A DNA stretch of 64,000 nucleotides from NCBI GenBank assembly GCA_038116745.1, contig JAYODW010000003.1, forward strand, positions 64,274 to 128,273, given 5' to 3'. Within the stretch, counting starts at the first letter, position 1, and each line of letters opens with the position of its first letter. The stretch comes from Gammaproteobacteria bacterium. Lineage in GTDB: Bacteria > Pseudomonadota > Gammaproteobacteria > Ga0077536. The notes beneath the pieces are model-generated. The model was not told the DNA's origin and ran no database searches. It saw only the letters and a list, made by a program, of their open reading frames with translations. The position numbers and the translations under genes are program-made. Positions 18,913-29,094 of the stretch are shown here, one piece after another.

Positions 18913-20559
18913 ATGGCTGAGAACACATCCCCGAACAGTCCGCCGGATTGCGACGTTGTCGTGGTTGGCGCAGGATTTGCCGGCATCTACGCCCTGTGGC
19001 AGGCGCGCCAGCGTGGCTTTTCGGTGCGCGGCTTCGAGCGCGGATCAGACGTCGGCGGCACCTGGTACTGGAACGCGTACCCCGGCGCGCGCTGCGACGT
19101 CGAAAGCTACAACTACGCCTATTTTTTCCGCGACGACATCGTGCGGGACTGGGACTGGAGCGATGCCTGCGCCGGTCAGGCCGAGATCCAGCGCTACCTG
19201 CGCTTTGTCGCCGAGCGCTGCGAGGTGCTCGGGGACATTACCTTCAACACGCCGATCGGCGCGGCCCGCTACGACGACGAAAGCGGTCTTTGGCGGGTCG
19301 AGACAGCGGGCGGTGAGACCGTTGTGTGTCGCTACCTGGTGCTCGCGATCGGTGCTCTGTCCGATCCCAAGGCACCGGATATCGAGGGCGTGGACGATTT
19401 CGCCGGCGAGGCCTACTTCACCTCCAGCTGGCCAAAAGACGGCCGAGTGGATCTCCGGGGTAAACGGGTCGGCATCATCGGTACGGGATCCTCCGGGGTA
19501 CAGGTCGTTCCCGAGATCGCAAAGCTCGCCGGGGAGGTCCATGTTTTCCAGCGCACGGCGAACTTCGTGACGCCCACGCATGCAGGTCCGATGGATCCGG
19601 AGCTGGTGGCAGCCCTTCGCGAAGATCCGCAGGCGGTGCGGCGGGCGTTCCGTGAGACCTACGGGGGGCACACCCCGCTCAGCATGGGCAGCGAGCGCTA
19701 TCTGGAACTTGATGAGGCCGGCCGCGCTCGCGTGCTGCAGCAGGCATGGGACGAAAACTACATCGCGCTCGCGTTCCGGGACGCCTACCTACCGGAAGCC
19801 AATGCCGCAATCTCCGATTTCATCCGCCAGCGTATGCAGGAAGTTGTAAAAGACCCCTGGACCGCGCATCACCTGGTGCCCTGGGATCATCCCTACGGCG
19901 GCAAGCGGCCCTGTCAGAGCGACGTCTACCTGCAGACTTTCAACGAGCCGCATGTGCACCTGGTGTCTTTGCGCGAGACGCCGATTGAGCGCATTGAGCA
20001 GGGCGGGATCCGCACGAGCGAAAAAATCATTCCTCTCGATGTGATCGTCTACGCGACCGGCTTTGATGCGATATCCGGCCCAGTGTTCGCGATCGACATC
20101 AGTGGGGTCGGCGGCCGTTCCATGCGGGAGACCTGGGCTGATGGCCCGCTGAACTATCTCGGCACCATGGTTAACGGTTTCCCCAACCTGTTTCTGCCCT
20201 CGAGCGCGATGTCGCCGTCAGTGCTGTCCAACATGGCGACGCTAGCTGAGCAGCAGGTGGACTTCATTTTCGACACGGCGGAATGGCTGGATCAGCACGG
20301 CCGACCGCGGCTGCATCCCCTCCCGGAGTCGCAGATGTTCTGGCGTGAGGAGACGCTACGGTACGCCAAACGCAGACCCGGCGCGCTGACCACGCGCAGC
20401 TGGTACTCTGGCGCCAACATTCCGGGGAAGCCACGCATGTTCATGGTCTACTGCGGAGGCTTTAAGCGCTATAACGAGACCTGCTACGACGAGCTCAGCG
20501 CCGGCTTCCCGGGCTATGAACTGCTCCCGCCGCCGCACCTGGAGCGCGGTGCAGCTTGA
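18913..20559 (+). CDS. Baeyer-Villiger-type flavin monooxygenase (class B), paralog 1
   Basis: VVVVGAGFAG FAD Rossmann, GGTWYWNAYPGARCD, second Rossmann GIIGTGSSG. The BVMO fingerprint reads FAGEAYFTSSWP, with Phe in place of the canonical His. Confidence 0.8.
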   Translation: MAENTSPNSPPDCDVVVVGAGFAGIYALWQARQRGFSVRGFERGSDVGGTWYWNAYPGARCDVESYNYAYFFRDDIVRDWDWSDACAGQAEIQRYLRFVAERCEVLGDITFNTPIGAARYDDESGLWRVETAGGETVVCRYLVLAIGALSDPKAPDIEGVDDFAGEAYFTSSWPKDGRVDLRGKRVGIIGTGSSGVQVVPEIAKLAGEVHVFQRTANFVTPTHAGPMDPELVAALREDPQAVRRAFRETYGGHTPLSMGSERYLELDEAGRARVLQQAWDENYIALAFRDAYLPEANAAISDFIRQRMQEVVKDPWTAHHLVPWDHPYGGKRPCQSDVYLQTFNEPHVHLVSLRETPIERIEQGGIRTSEKIIPLDVIVYATGFDAISGPVFAIDISGVGGRSMRETWADGPLNYLGTMVNGFPNLFLPSSAMSPSVLSNMATLAEQQVDFIFDTAEWLDQHGRPRLHPLPESQMFWREETLRYAKRRPGALTTRSWYSGANIPGKPRMFMVYCGGFKRYNETCYDELSAGFPGYELLPPPHLERGAA

Positions 20560-20639
20560 GCCACGGCCGGTCATCGGGCAGCCGGGGGTCCCGGTTACTC
20601 AGGTCTGCTGATGCAGCTAGACACTCATAGAGGATTCTG

Positions 20640-21134
20640 ATGCCCCTGGCTCGTCCGTCTGCCAAATCCATCGTTGAGGCGGTCGCTACGCTGTCCGTGC
20701 TGGGGTCTCTGCTTTTGGTCATTCTCGAGCTTGCTGCCAACGAGCGTGCTGTGCGCTCTGCGACGGCCAGCGACGTCGCGCTCTCTCTCGGACAGTACTA
20801 CGCGAATGTCGGTCTTTACGGTCAGGCCGGAAAGTTGTTCCGTCGAGGCATGCGCGAACCTGCTGAACTGACCGAGGAAGAGCTTGCCGATTTTATTTTT
20901 CTCCTGCACGGAGGCGTGCTGCTTTACCAGAACGCGTTCGTACTCGGTCAGGAGGGAACACTGGACCAGAGTCTGCGCACCGTAACTTTGGAAACGCTTT
21001 CTTCGATCGTTTCCACACCAGGGTTCAAGGTCTACTGGTCCCAGCGTCACTCCGTTTTTACCCAGGAGTTTCAGGACTACGTGCTGGAGCTCGAATCGCA
21101 TGCGCCGAGCGCACTGCATCGTCTCTACGAATAA
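20640..21134 (+). CDS. Hypothetical protein with one N-terminal TM helix
   Basis: 164-aa ORF with an AGAGGA RBS. No recognisable family. Confidence 0.4.
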   Translation: MPLARPSAKSIVEAVATLSVLGSLLLVILELAANERAVRSATASDVALSLGQYYANVGLYGQAGKLFRRGMREPAELTEEELADFIFLLHGGVLLYQNAFVLGQEGTLDQSLRTVTLETLSSIVSTPGFKVYWSQRHSVFTQEFQDYVLELESHAPSALHRLYE

Positions 21135-21349
21135 CCTCAGGCCCGTCCAACACAGCCGCCTTCCATACAGGTAGTCACTAACGGCGCAACTCGAAGTTGG
21201 CATGCGAGCGTGCGCACCGGGCTTCCAGCCTGTTTGGTAAAAAACAAACTATAGTTTAGACAGTACCGTTCAATTCGTTTATAAAGACTCGACAGTCTCA
21301 CTGTCAGTGGCAGTAACCCCAACGAGTAGCGCATGAGGTACGGACCTCG

Positions 21350-24300
21350 GTGATTTACTTTCGTCTCCCGCTGAATGCCCACGAAGCCGAGGGCTGTCAT
21401 GCGCTGCCTGATGCTGCCCCGGCGGGGGGCAACGATGCGATCTTCGGACTGCTCGAAGCGCTGACGTCGTCTACTGGAGCGACGGCCGCGACGCTTTATC
21501 TCGGGACTGGAGAGCAGAGTACCCTGGAGTCGTCTGTCGGGACCGCATGCTTCGGAGGAGGGCAGCAGCTGCGTCCCTTGCTCCTGCCCGTGCTGCTGTG
21601 CCCGGAACTGGCAGGAGAGGACGCACAAGCCAGCACCCAGCAGAACGTTGGTGCTGGAGGCGAGGACGGGACGCTCTGCCTCGGTCTCGCTGTTGTGACC
21701 GGTTCTGGAGAGGTTCTGGGCAGCGCGTTTCTTATTGGACTGGCCGACGATCAACAGCTGTCAGCGCCGCAGGCTGCTCAGCTGCAAACGCTGACCAAAG
21801 CGCTCGCCAATCTGCTCGAATACGAACAGGTGACGGGCAATGAGTTTGCTGATCTGCAGGCCCGGGTTCACCGTTCCGAAGCGCTATATGCCCGCACGCC
21901 CGCCATGCTGCACTCGTTCAACGGCGAGCGCAGGATGGTCGATGTCAATCAGGCCTGGCTGGACGTCATGGGCTACACGCGTGACGAGATCATCGGTCAG
22001 GAACCTTCTACTTTTATGACGGAGGCATCGCTGCAGTATGCGCGTGAGGTTACCTGGCCGGAATTTTTTCGGACCGGGTATTCCGAGAATGTTGAATACC
22101 AGTACATCAAGAAAGACGGAGCGGTGATTGACGTACTGGTTTCCGCTGTGCTTGAGCGGGACAGTGATGGCAATGTTTTGCGCTCTATTGCGCATGTGGA
22201 GGATGTGACCCGTCGGAAGGCGGCAGAGCGGGCGCTGCACGGCAGCCGGGACCGACTGCAGAATATCCTGCAGGGCACCAACGCGGGGACCTGGGAATGG
22301 AATATCAAGACCGGTGAGCTCAGGGTTGACCGACGATGGGCTGAAATCGTCGGCTATGAGCTGGAGGAGCTTGAGCCGATCTCGATTGCTACGTGGGAAA
22401 AACTGGCCCACCCGGACGATCTCAAGGCATCAGAAGCCCTGCTGCGCCTGCATTTTGATGGGCGCACCGATTCCTACCAGCACGTCTCACGGATGCGCCA
22501 CAAGCGCGGTCGTTGGGTTACGGTGCGGGATTACGGCATGGTCACTGAGCGTGACGCCACTGGCGCGCCCGAGTGGGTTCGGGGTACGCATATCGACATT
22601 TCCCAGTTCACCGAGCTGCAGGCCCGGATGGAGCGGGAACAGCGATTTCTTAAACAGACCGGCACTATCGCGAAGGTGGGCGGCTGGTCTATGGTCATCG
22701 GCGGCGAGCATATAACCCTGACCGAAGAGGCCTGTCGTGTTTTCGAGATAGAAGTCCGACCGGTGCACCTGCTTGAGACCATTACCGCCCGAATGGACGC
22801 ATCGGCGCGCGACCTGTTTCGGCAGCGAACTGATGCACAGGCGCCGTTTGCTGAATCCTGGGAGCTGGATTCGAATATCGAAGCAGGTGCTCACGGCCCC
22901 AAGCGGGTGAGGCTCTCCTGCGAGCCAGAATTGCGCGACGGCGGCGTGTCGTTGCTGACCGGCGCCGTCCAGGACATTTCTGAGCAATACAGCGCCGAAC
23001 GCATGGTAGAAACTGTGTTGCAGCAGAGACAGGCTACCCTGGATGCGATTCAGGACGGCGTGATTTTTGTCGGCGCTGACGGCTGCGTTGAGTGGATGAA
23101 CCCGGCCGCGCAGCGGCTGACCCATCTGTCCAAAGTGTTCGCGCATGGACGCCCGCTGTCCGAGGTCTTGCCGATCGTCAGTGAGGCTAACGGAAAGCCA
23201 GCAGCGCCTCTGCTTGAACGCTGTCTGTCTCAGGGGCGCTCTTATTCGCGGAACGGTGACACGCTGCTGGTGGTGCCGGCTGGGGCACCTGTTCCCGTTT
23301 ACGAGACCTATTCTCCGGTGCGGCGCGCAGACGGAGAGCTCGCGGGTGCAGTGGTCGTATTTGGCGATGAGTCAGAAACGCGCGCAGCCGCGCTGGAAAT
23401 GAGCTTCAGGGCCGCACACGATGCCCTGACCGGGCTCGCGAATCGCGCTGAATTCGAGCGCTGTCTGACGCAAGCAATGGAGGCGCAGCGGATCGGAGCA
23501 CAGGTTTTGTCGTTGCTGTTTATCGATCTGGACAATTTCAAGCTGGTTAACGACAGCTGTGGGCATGCGGCGGGCGATCGCCTGCTGGTGGAACTGGCGC
23601 AGCTGTTGCGGCGTTGTACCCGACAGGAAGACCTGGTCGCCCGACTTGGCGGTGATGAGTTCTGCGTCATTCTGGGTAACTGCCCTGAGGCCGAAGCCTT
23701 GCTGGTGGCTGAGAAGCTGTGTCGCGAAGTGGCCGCCTATCAATTCCACGAACAGGGGCAGCGCTATCGCGTGGGCGCGAGCATTGGTCTGGTGACGCAT
23801 GACGGGCTGATGGATCAGGAGGCTCTGAGCGGCGCCGGCGACAAAGCCTGCTACGCCGCAAAAAAAGCCGGGCGGAACCAGGTCGTCGTATGGCGGCCGG
23901 AGGTAGGCGCTGATCAAGACCACAGGCGGACTGAAGACTGGGAAAAGCGTGTTCGGCATGCGATGCAGGACGGGTCGTTGAAGCTTTTTTTTCAGTCGGC
24001 CGTGGCGGCTGCGGCGCCACAGGAACCTGCTTATCGGGAAGCGCTTCTGAGGCTTGATGATCTGGAGGGCGGTTGTGTGGTGGCCAGTGCGTTTCTCCCC
24101 GCGCTGGAGAGGCGGGGATTGATGGCCGAGATCGATGCCTGGGTCGTGAAACAGGTCGCAGACACCCTACTGGCGAGCGGGTCGCAGCGCAGATCGGACG
24201 GCATCCTGGCGGTAAACCTGTCGCTGCAGTCGATGCGCGACCCGGCATTTCATCAAAAGGTCTGGGACACCGCTGTGACCCTTGGTAGCGCGGCGAGCAG

Positions 24301-24676
24301 GCTGTGCTTCGAGATTGACGAGGCGCATATCGCCGGACACACGGCGGTGCGCGAATTCGTGTCGGGATGTCGCGAGCGGGGGATCAAGGTTGCTCTCTCA
24401 GGGTTCGGGCTATCTGCCGCGGCGCTGGACTATCTCAAGGCTGCACCGGTTGATTTTCTGAAGATAGATCCGGGCATCACGGACGAGCTTGACTCGAACC
24501 AGCTCAGCGGCAATGCGCTGCGCTGGGTTCAGGAGACCGCCCGGGCTATCGGTGCCCGGACCGTGGCGGAGCGTGTCGAATGCGCGTCTCTCGGCAGGCG
24601 TCTGCGCGAGTTCGAAGTCGATCTGCTGCAGGGAGATGGCATCCATCTGCCGGCCCCGCTGGACGGCGACGCCTGA
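21350..24676 (+). CDS. Multidomain c-di-GMP signalling protein (N-terminal GAF-like region, PAS domains, GGDEF, EAL)
   Basis: PAS-like repeats, an intact RLGGDEF motif and an EAL domain with YREALLRL. The metal-binding DDFGTG motif is replaced by SGFGLS. The GTG start is uncertain. Confidence 0.75.
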   Translation: MIYFRLPLNAHEAEGCHALPDAAPAGGNDAIFGLLEALTSSTGATAATLYLGTGEQSTLESSVGTACFGGGQQLRPLLLPVLLCPELAGEDAQASTQQNVGAGGEDGTLCLGLAVVTGSGEVLGSAFLIGLADDQQLSAPQAAQLQTLTKALANLLEYEQVTGNEFADLQARVHRSEALYARTPAMLHSFNGERRMVDVNQAWLDVMGYTRDEIIGQEPSTFMTEASLQYAREVTWPEFFRTGYSENVEYQYIKKDGAVIDVLVSAVLERDSDGNVLRSIAHVEDVTRRKAAERALHGSRDRLQNILQGTNAGTWEWNIKTGELRVDRRWAEIVGYELEELEPISIATWEKLAHPDDLKASEALLRLHFDGRTDSYQHVSRMRHKRGRWVTVRDYGMVTERDATGAPEWVRGTHIDISQFTELQARMEREQRFLKQTGTIAKVGGWSMVIGGEHITLTEEACRVFEIEVRPVHLLETITARMDASARDLFRQRTDAQAPFAESWELDSNIEAGAHGPKRVRLSCEPELRDGGVSLLTGAVQDISEQYSAERMVETVLQQRQATLDAIQDGVIFVGADGCVEWMNPAAQRLTHLSKVFAHGRPLSEVLPIVSEANGKPAAPLLERCLSQGRSYSRNGDTLLVVPAGAPVPVYETYSPVRRADGELAGAVVVFGDESETRAAALEMSFRAAHDALTGLANRAEFERCLTQAMEAQRIGAQVLSLLFIDLDNFKLVNDSCGHAAGDRLLVELAQLLRRCTRQEDLVARLGGDEFCVILGNCPEAEALLVAEKLCREVAAYQFHEQGQRYRVGASIGLVTHDGLMDQEALSGAGDKACYAAKKAGRNQVVVWRPEVGADQDHRRTEDWEKRVRHAMQDGSLKLFFQSAVAAAAPQEPAYREALLRLDDLEGGCVVASAFLPALERRGLMAEIDAWVVKQVADTLLASGSQRRSDGILAVNLSLQSMRDPAFHQKVWDTAVTLGSAASRLCFEIDEAHIAGHTAVREFVSGCRERGIKVALSGFGLSAAALDYLKAAPVDFLKIDPGITDELDSNQLSGNALRWVQETARAIGARTVAERVECASLGRRLREFEVDLLQGDGIHLPAPLDGDA

Positions 24677-25056
24677 CCCAGTCGGGGAGTTCTGCGTGTT
24701 GACGGTTGTAGCGGGGCACGTGAGCGTAGCGGCTACCGCCGATCCAGCGTGTCGCTCTGCCAGGGAGGCAGGTCGCAATCGGGAGGTTGGTTGGGCGATG
24801 GCGAGACAAGCAGCGGGCGAACAGCGCCGCAGCTGTGACGTTCTGCGAGCCTGTAGATCAGCGCTATAAACGACACCACGGAAGACCGTTCGGGCTCTGA
24901 TTTCTGAGCCCTGTATGCCGGGGCCAGGCATCTCTGCAGTTGCGCTGGTGGTCAGGTGTGGCGCGAGCTTGATGTTTCCCAAGGCGTGCTAACCTCACTG
25001 CTCCTTGTTCCAGGCGCCCTGTGCACTCGTTGCTTATGATGGATTCAGACCCGGTC

Positions 25057-28000
25057 ATGCACCCTCGCTGGCAGTTCTGGATCGACCGGGGTGGTACGTT
25101 CACCGATATCGTCGGCCGCGGCCCTGACGGGCTGATCAAAACGCACAAGCTGCTCTCCGAGAATCCGGAGCAGTACCTTGATGCGGCGCTCGCGGGGATC
25201 AGAGATCTGCTCGGCCTGCGGCGCGATGCGGTGATTCCGGCGGCGGCTATTGAATCCGTGAAGATGGGCACGACGGTGGCCACTAATGCGCTGCTCGAAC
25301 GCAAGGGGGAGCCGACCGCGCTTTTCGTGACCCAGGGCTTCGGTGATGTGCTGCGCATCGGCTACCAGAACCGGCCGCAGCTGTTTGCGCTCGATATCGT
25401 GCTCCCAGAGCTGCTTTATTGCGAAGTGTGTGAGGTCCGCGAACGTCTGGGCGCACACGGCGACGTCGTCGTGCGGCTGGACGAAGAGCAGGTGCGGAAG
25501 GACCTCAAGCGTGTCTTTCGTGCCGGGCTGCGCTCGATTGCCATCGTTTTCATGCATGCCTACCGTTTTCCAGAACACGAGCAGCGCGTCGCCGCGCTCG
25601 CGCGCGAGGTCGGCTTCACCCAGGTTTCCGTGTCCCACGAGGTCAGTCCGCTGATGAAGATCGTCGGGCGGGGTGATACGACCGTGGTCGATGCCTACCT
25701 GTCTCCTATCCTGCGGCGCTATGTCGACCGGGTGGTGGCAGAACTCGGTGGCGCGCGACTGATGTTCATGCAGTCCAGCGGTGGCCTCACCGATGCGACG
25801 GTGTTCCAGGGTAAGGACGCCATCCTGTCTGGGCCCGCCGGCGGGATCGTCGGTGCGGCGCGGACCGCCGCCGCCGCCGGCTTCGAGGCGGTAATCGGCT
25901 TTGACATGGGGGGTACCTCGACCGACGTGTCGCACTACGCCGGCGAGTTTGAACGCGCTTTCGAGACCGAGGTCGCCGGCGTGCGCATGCGCGCGCCGAT
26001 GATGAGCATTCATACCGTCGCTGCCGGTGGCGGTTCGATTCTGCACTTCGATGGCGCGCGCTACCGCGTAGGGCCTGATTCGGCAGGTGCCGATCCGGGA
26101 CCAGCATGTTACCGGCGCGGCGGGCCGCTGACCGTGACTGACGCCAACGTCATGCTGGGTAAGGTGCATCCGGCATTTTTTCCACACTGTTTCGGACCGC
26201 AGGGTGACCAGCCGCTGGATGCCGAACTCGTCCGTTCGCGATTTGACGAACTCGCCGCGGAGATCCGGTCCCAGACCGGCGACGCACGCTCCGCGGAGGA
26301 CGTTGCGGAGGGTTTTATCGCAATCGCGGTCGACAACATGGCCAACGCGATCAAGCGGATCTCGGTGCAGCGCGGTCATGACGTCACGCGCTACACCCTG
26401 TGCTGCTTCGGCGGGGCGGGCGGTCAGCACGCCTGCCTCGTGGCTGACGCGCTGGGGATGGAGCGGGTCCTGATCCATCCCTATGCCGGGGTGCTATCGG
26501 CCTACGGGATGGGCCTCGCCGATGTGACCGCGATGCGCGAGCGGGCGATCGAGGCGCGCCTGGGTTCCGGTGAGAAGGCGCTGCTCGAAACGGTCATCGC
26601 TGAGCTGGCAAAGGCGGCCTGCGATGAGCTTGAAAGCCAGGGGATTGCCCCCGATGCGATCACGCTGCAGCGGCGGGTGCATCTGCGCTACGAGGGCACC
26701 GATGCAGCGCTACTGGTGCCATACAGCTCGGCTGAGGCGATGCGGGAAGCTTTCGAAACCGCCTACCGACGTGGTTTCGGGTTTCTCATGCCCGATCGCG
26801 CGCTTACGGTCGAGGCGGTCTCGGTCGAAGCGCTGGGTGGCTCCGGCCACGGCGAGGAGACCGAAGGGTGCCCGTCTGCCGCGACCGCGGACAACGCCTC
26901 GCCGGCATCAGGGACGGCTATCGCGCAGGTGCGCATGTTCAGCGGCGGCGTGGCCCACGAGGCACCGGTGTATCAGCGCGAGCAGCTTGTCGCGGGACGC
27001 GGTGTGGCCGGCCCGGCCATGATTGCCGAGGCCAACGCGACGACGGTGGTCGAGCCTGGCTGGGAGGCGGTGCTCAGTGCACGCGGCGATCTCGTGCTGA
27101 GCCGGGTGGTGGCGCGACCATCACGAGTGGCCATCGGCACCCGCGCCGATCCGGTGATGCTCGAGATCTTCAACAACCTTTTCATGTCTATTGCCGAACA
27201 GATGGGCGCCACCCTGGCGAAGACGGCTTACTCGGTGAACATCAAGGAGCGTCTCGATTTCTCCTGCGCGCTGTTCGACGCCGATGGCAGCCTGATTGCG
27301 AACGCGCCGCACATGCCGGTCCATCTCGGCTCGATGGGGGAATCGGTGAAGTGCGTGATAGCCGACAACGCCGGGCGCATGCGGCCCGGCCAGGTCTACA
27401 TGCTGAACGACCCTTATCGTGGCGGGACGCACCTGCCTGACATCACGGTGATTACGCCGGTGTTTGATGCTGCCGGCGAACGGCTGCTGTTTTATGTCGG
27501 TTCGCGCGGGCATCACGCGGATGTCGGCGGCATCACGCCAGGATCGATGCCGCCGACCAGCCGCACGGTGGACGAAGAGGGGGTGCTGGTCAGCAATTTC
27601 CTGCTCGTTGAAAACGGCGAGCTGCGCGAGCACGCCACCGTTGATCTGCTGCAATCGGGTCGCTGGCCGGCGCGCAACGTGGCGCAGAACCTGGCCGATC
27701 TGCGCGCCATGATTGCGGCGAACGAGAAAGGCGTACAGGAGCTGCGCCGCATGGTGGCGCAGTTCGGCCTTGAGACTGTGCATGCCTACATGGCCCATGT
27801 GCAGGACAACGCCGAAGAGGCGGTGCGCCGCGTGATTGAGGCGCTCAGGGACGGTCACTTCGTGTGCGAACTCGACAATGGTGCACGCATTGAGGCCTCC
27901 ATCCGCGTGGACCGTGCGCGGCGCCGGGCGGTGATTGATTTCACCGGGACCAGCACCCAGCTCGAAGACAATTTCAATGCGCCGACGGCGGTCACCATGG

Positions 28001-28674
28001 CGGCCGTGCTGTACGTGTTTCGCACGCTGGTTGTGGACGATATTCCTCTCAATGCCGGCTGTCTGAAACCGCTTGAGGTCCGGATCCCTGCAGGTTCGCT
28101 GCTCAATCCGCGTTATCCGGGCGCGGTAGTGGCGGGTAACGTCGAGACGTCCCAGTGTGTGACCGATACCCTTTACGGCGCGCTCGGCGTGATGGCGGCT
28201 GCGCAGGGCACCATGAACAACTTCACTTTCGGCAATGCCCGTTACCAGTATTACGAAACCCTGTGCGGCGGGTCCGGTGGTGGACCCACCTGGGATGGCT
28301 GCGATGCGGTGCACACGCATATGACCAATTCCCGTCTGACCGATCCGGAGGTCCTGGAGTGGCGGTTTCCGGTGCGCCTGGAACGCTTTGAGATTCGACG
28401 CGGCAGCGGCGGCGCTGGACGCCACCGCGGCGGCGACGGTACCGAGCGGCAGATCCGTTTTCTCGAGCCTATGACGGCCGCTATCCTGGCGGGTCGGCGG
28501 CGCGTGCCCCCGTACGGCATTGCGGGCGGAGCAAGCGGCGCCCCGGGACGCAACTGGGTGGAGCGCACCGATGGCCGCAGAGAGGATTTCGGGCCGACCC
28601 ATGAAGTGGAGATGCAGGCCGGGGACGTGTTTGTGATCCAGACCCCGGGCGGCGGAGGCTACGGCGCGCCCTAG
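25057..28674 (+). CDS. Fused hydantoinase A/B / 5-oxoprolinase-family ATP-dependent cyclic-amide hydrolase
   Basis: N-terminal sequence [21 protein letters not shown], a hallmark of OplAH/HyuA. The HyuA and HyuB halves sit on one ~1200-aa polypeptide. Confidence 0.8.
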   Translation: MHPRWQFWIDRGGTFTDIVGRGPDGLIKTHKLLSENPEQYLDAALAGIRDLLGLRRDAVIPAAAIESVKMGTTVATNALLERKGEPTALFVTQGFGDVLRIGYQNRPQLFALDIVLPELLYCEVCEVRERLGAHGDVVVRLDEEQVRKDLKRVFRAGLRSIAIVFMHAYRFPEHEQRVAALAREVGFTQVSVSHEVSPLMKIVGRGDTTVVDAYLSPILRRYVDRVVAELGGARLMFMQSSGGLTDATVFQGKDAILSGPAGGIVGAARTAAAAGFEAVIGFDMGGTSTDVSHYAGEFERAFETEVAGVRMRAPMMSIHTVAAGGGSILHFDGARYRVGPDSAGADPGPACYRRGGPLTVTDANVMLGKVHPAFFPHCFGPQGDQPLDAELVRSRFDELAAEIRSQTGDARSAEDVAEGFIAIAVDNMANAIKRISVQRGHDVTRYTLCCFGGAGGQHACLVADALGMERVLIHPYAGVLSAYGMGLADVTAMRERAIEARLGSGEKALLETVIAELAKAACDELESQGIAPDAITLQRRVHLRYEGTDAALLVPYSSAEAMREAFETAYRRGFGFLMPDRALTVEAVSVEALGGSGHGEETEGCPSAATADNASPASGTAIAQVRMFSGGVAHEAPVYQREQLVAGRGVAGPAMIAEANATTVVEPGWEAVLSARGDLVLSRVVARPSRVAIGTRADPVMLEIFNNLFMSIAEQMGATLAKTAYSVNIKERLDFSCALFDADGSLIANAPHMPVHLGSMGESVKCVIADNAGRMRPGQVYMLNDPYRGGTHLPDITVITPVFDAAGERLLFYVGSRGHHADVGGITPGSMPPTSRTVDEEGVLVSNFLLVENGELREHATVDLLQSGRWPARNVAQNLADLRAMIAANEKGVQELRRMVAQFGLETVHAYMAHVQDNAEEAVRRVIEALRDGHFVCELDNGARIEASIRVDRARRRAVIDFTGTSTQLEDNFNAPTAVTMAAVLYVFRTLVVDDIPLNAGCLKPLEVRIPAGSLLNPRYPGAVVAGNVETSQCVTDTLYGALGVMAAAQGTMNNFTFGNARYQYYETLCGGSGGGPTWDGCDAVHTHMTNSRLTDPEVLEWRFPVRLERFEIRRGSGGAGRHRGGDGTERQIRFLEPMTAAILAGRRRVPPYGIAGGASGAPGRNWVERTDGRREDFGPTHEVEMQAGDVFVIQTPGGGGYGAP

Positions 28675-28693
28675 GTTTCCGCGCCGGTCTTCC

Positions 28694-28999
28694 GTGAAGT
28701 CGTTACCGCCCACGGTGCGCGCTTACCGGCAGACGCCGGTTTTCAGCGAGGAAGATGTGCCCGCAGGTCTGTTGGCCGAGCACACGACCAAATCCGGCAC
28801 CTGGGCGCGGATCGTGGTGCTCGAAGGGGTGCTGCGCTACCGCATTTTTACGTCGGAGCCGGAGGAGGTCCGGCTGACGCCCTACTGCGTGGGCATTGTC
28901 GAGCCGGGGGTGGTGCACTCGGTGTTTCCGCTCGGCGCGGTGCGCTTTTATGTTGAGTTTCTGCGGGAGGACAACAGCACTCTCTCCGCGGGGCACTGA
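28694..28999 (+). CDS. DUF1971-domain small protein
   Basis: 101 aa with a TehB-N-like DUF1971 pattern (WARIVVLEG...RY...PGVVHSV). Confidence 0.45.
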   Translation: MKSLPPTVRAYRQTPVFSEEDVPAGLLAEHTTKSGTWARIVVLEGVLRYRIFTSEPEEVRLTPYCVGIVEPGVVHSVFPLGAVRFYVEFLREDNSTLSAGH

Positions 29000-29094
29000 A
29001 CACGACAGCGGCCGGCAGGACATGCGACACTGCCCCCACGCAACAACCGGTCGATGGGTGCGGATGTGCTCTGCGACCCGGTGAAATCCGTTTG

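Noticed and set aside
24677-25056. Hairpin gggctcTGATTTCTgagccc near 24890 as terminator or regulatory RNA.
   Set aside because: Short 6-bp stem with no U-tract. It is not distinguishable from chance in a 380-nt GC-rich spacer.
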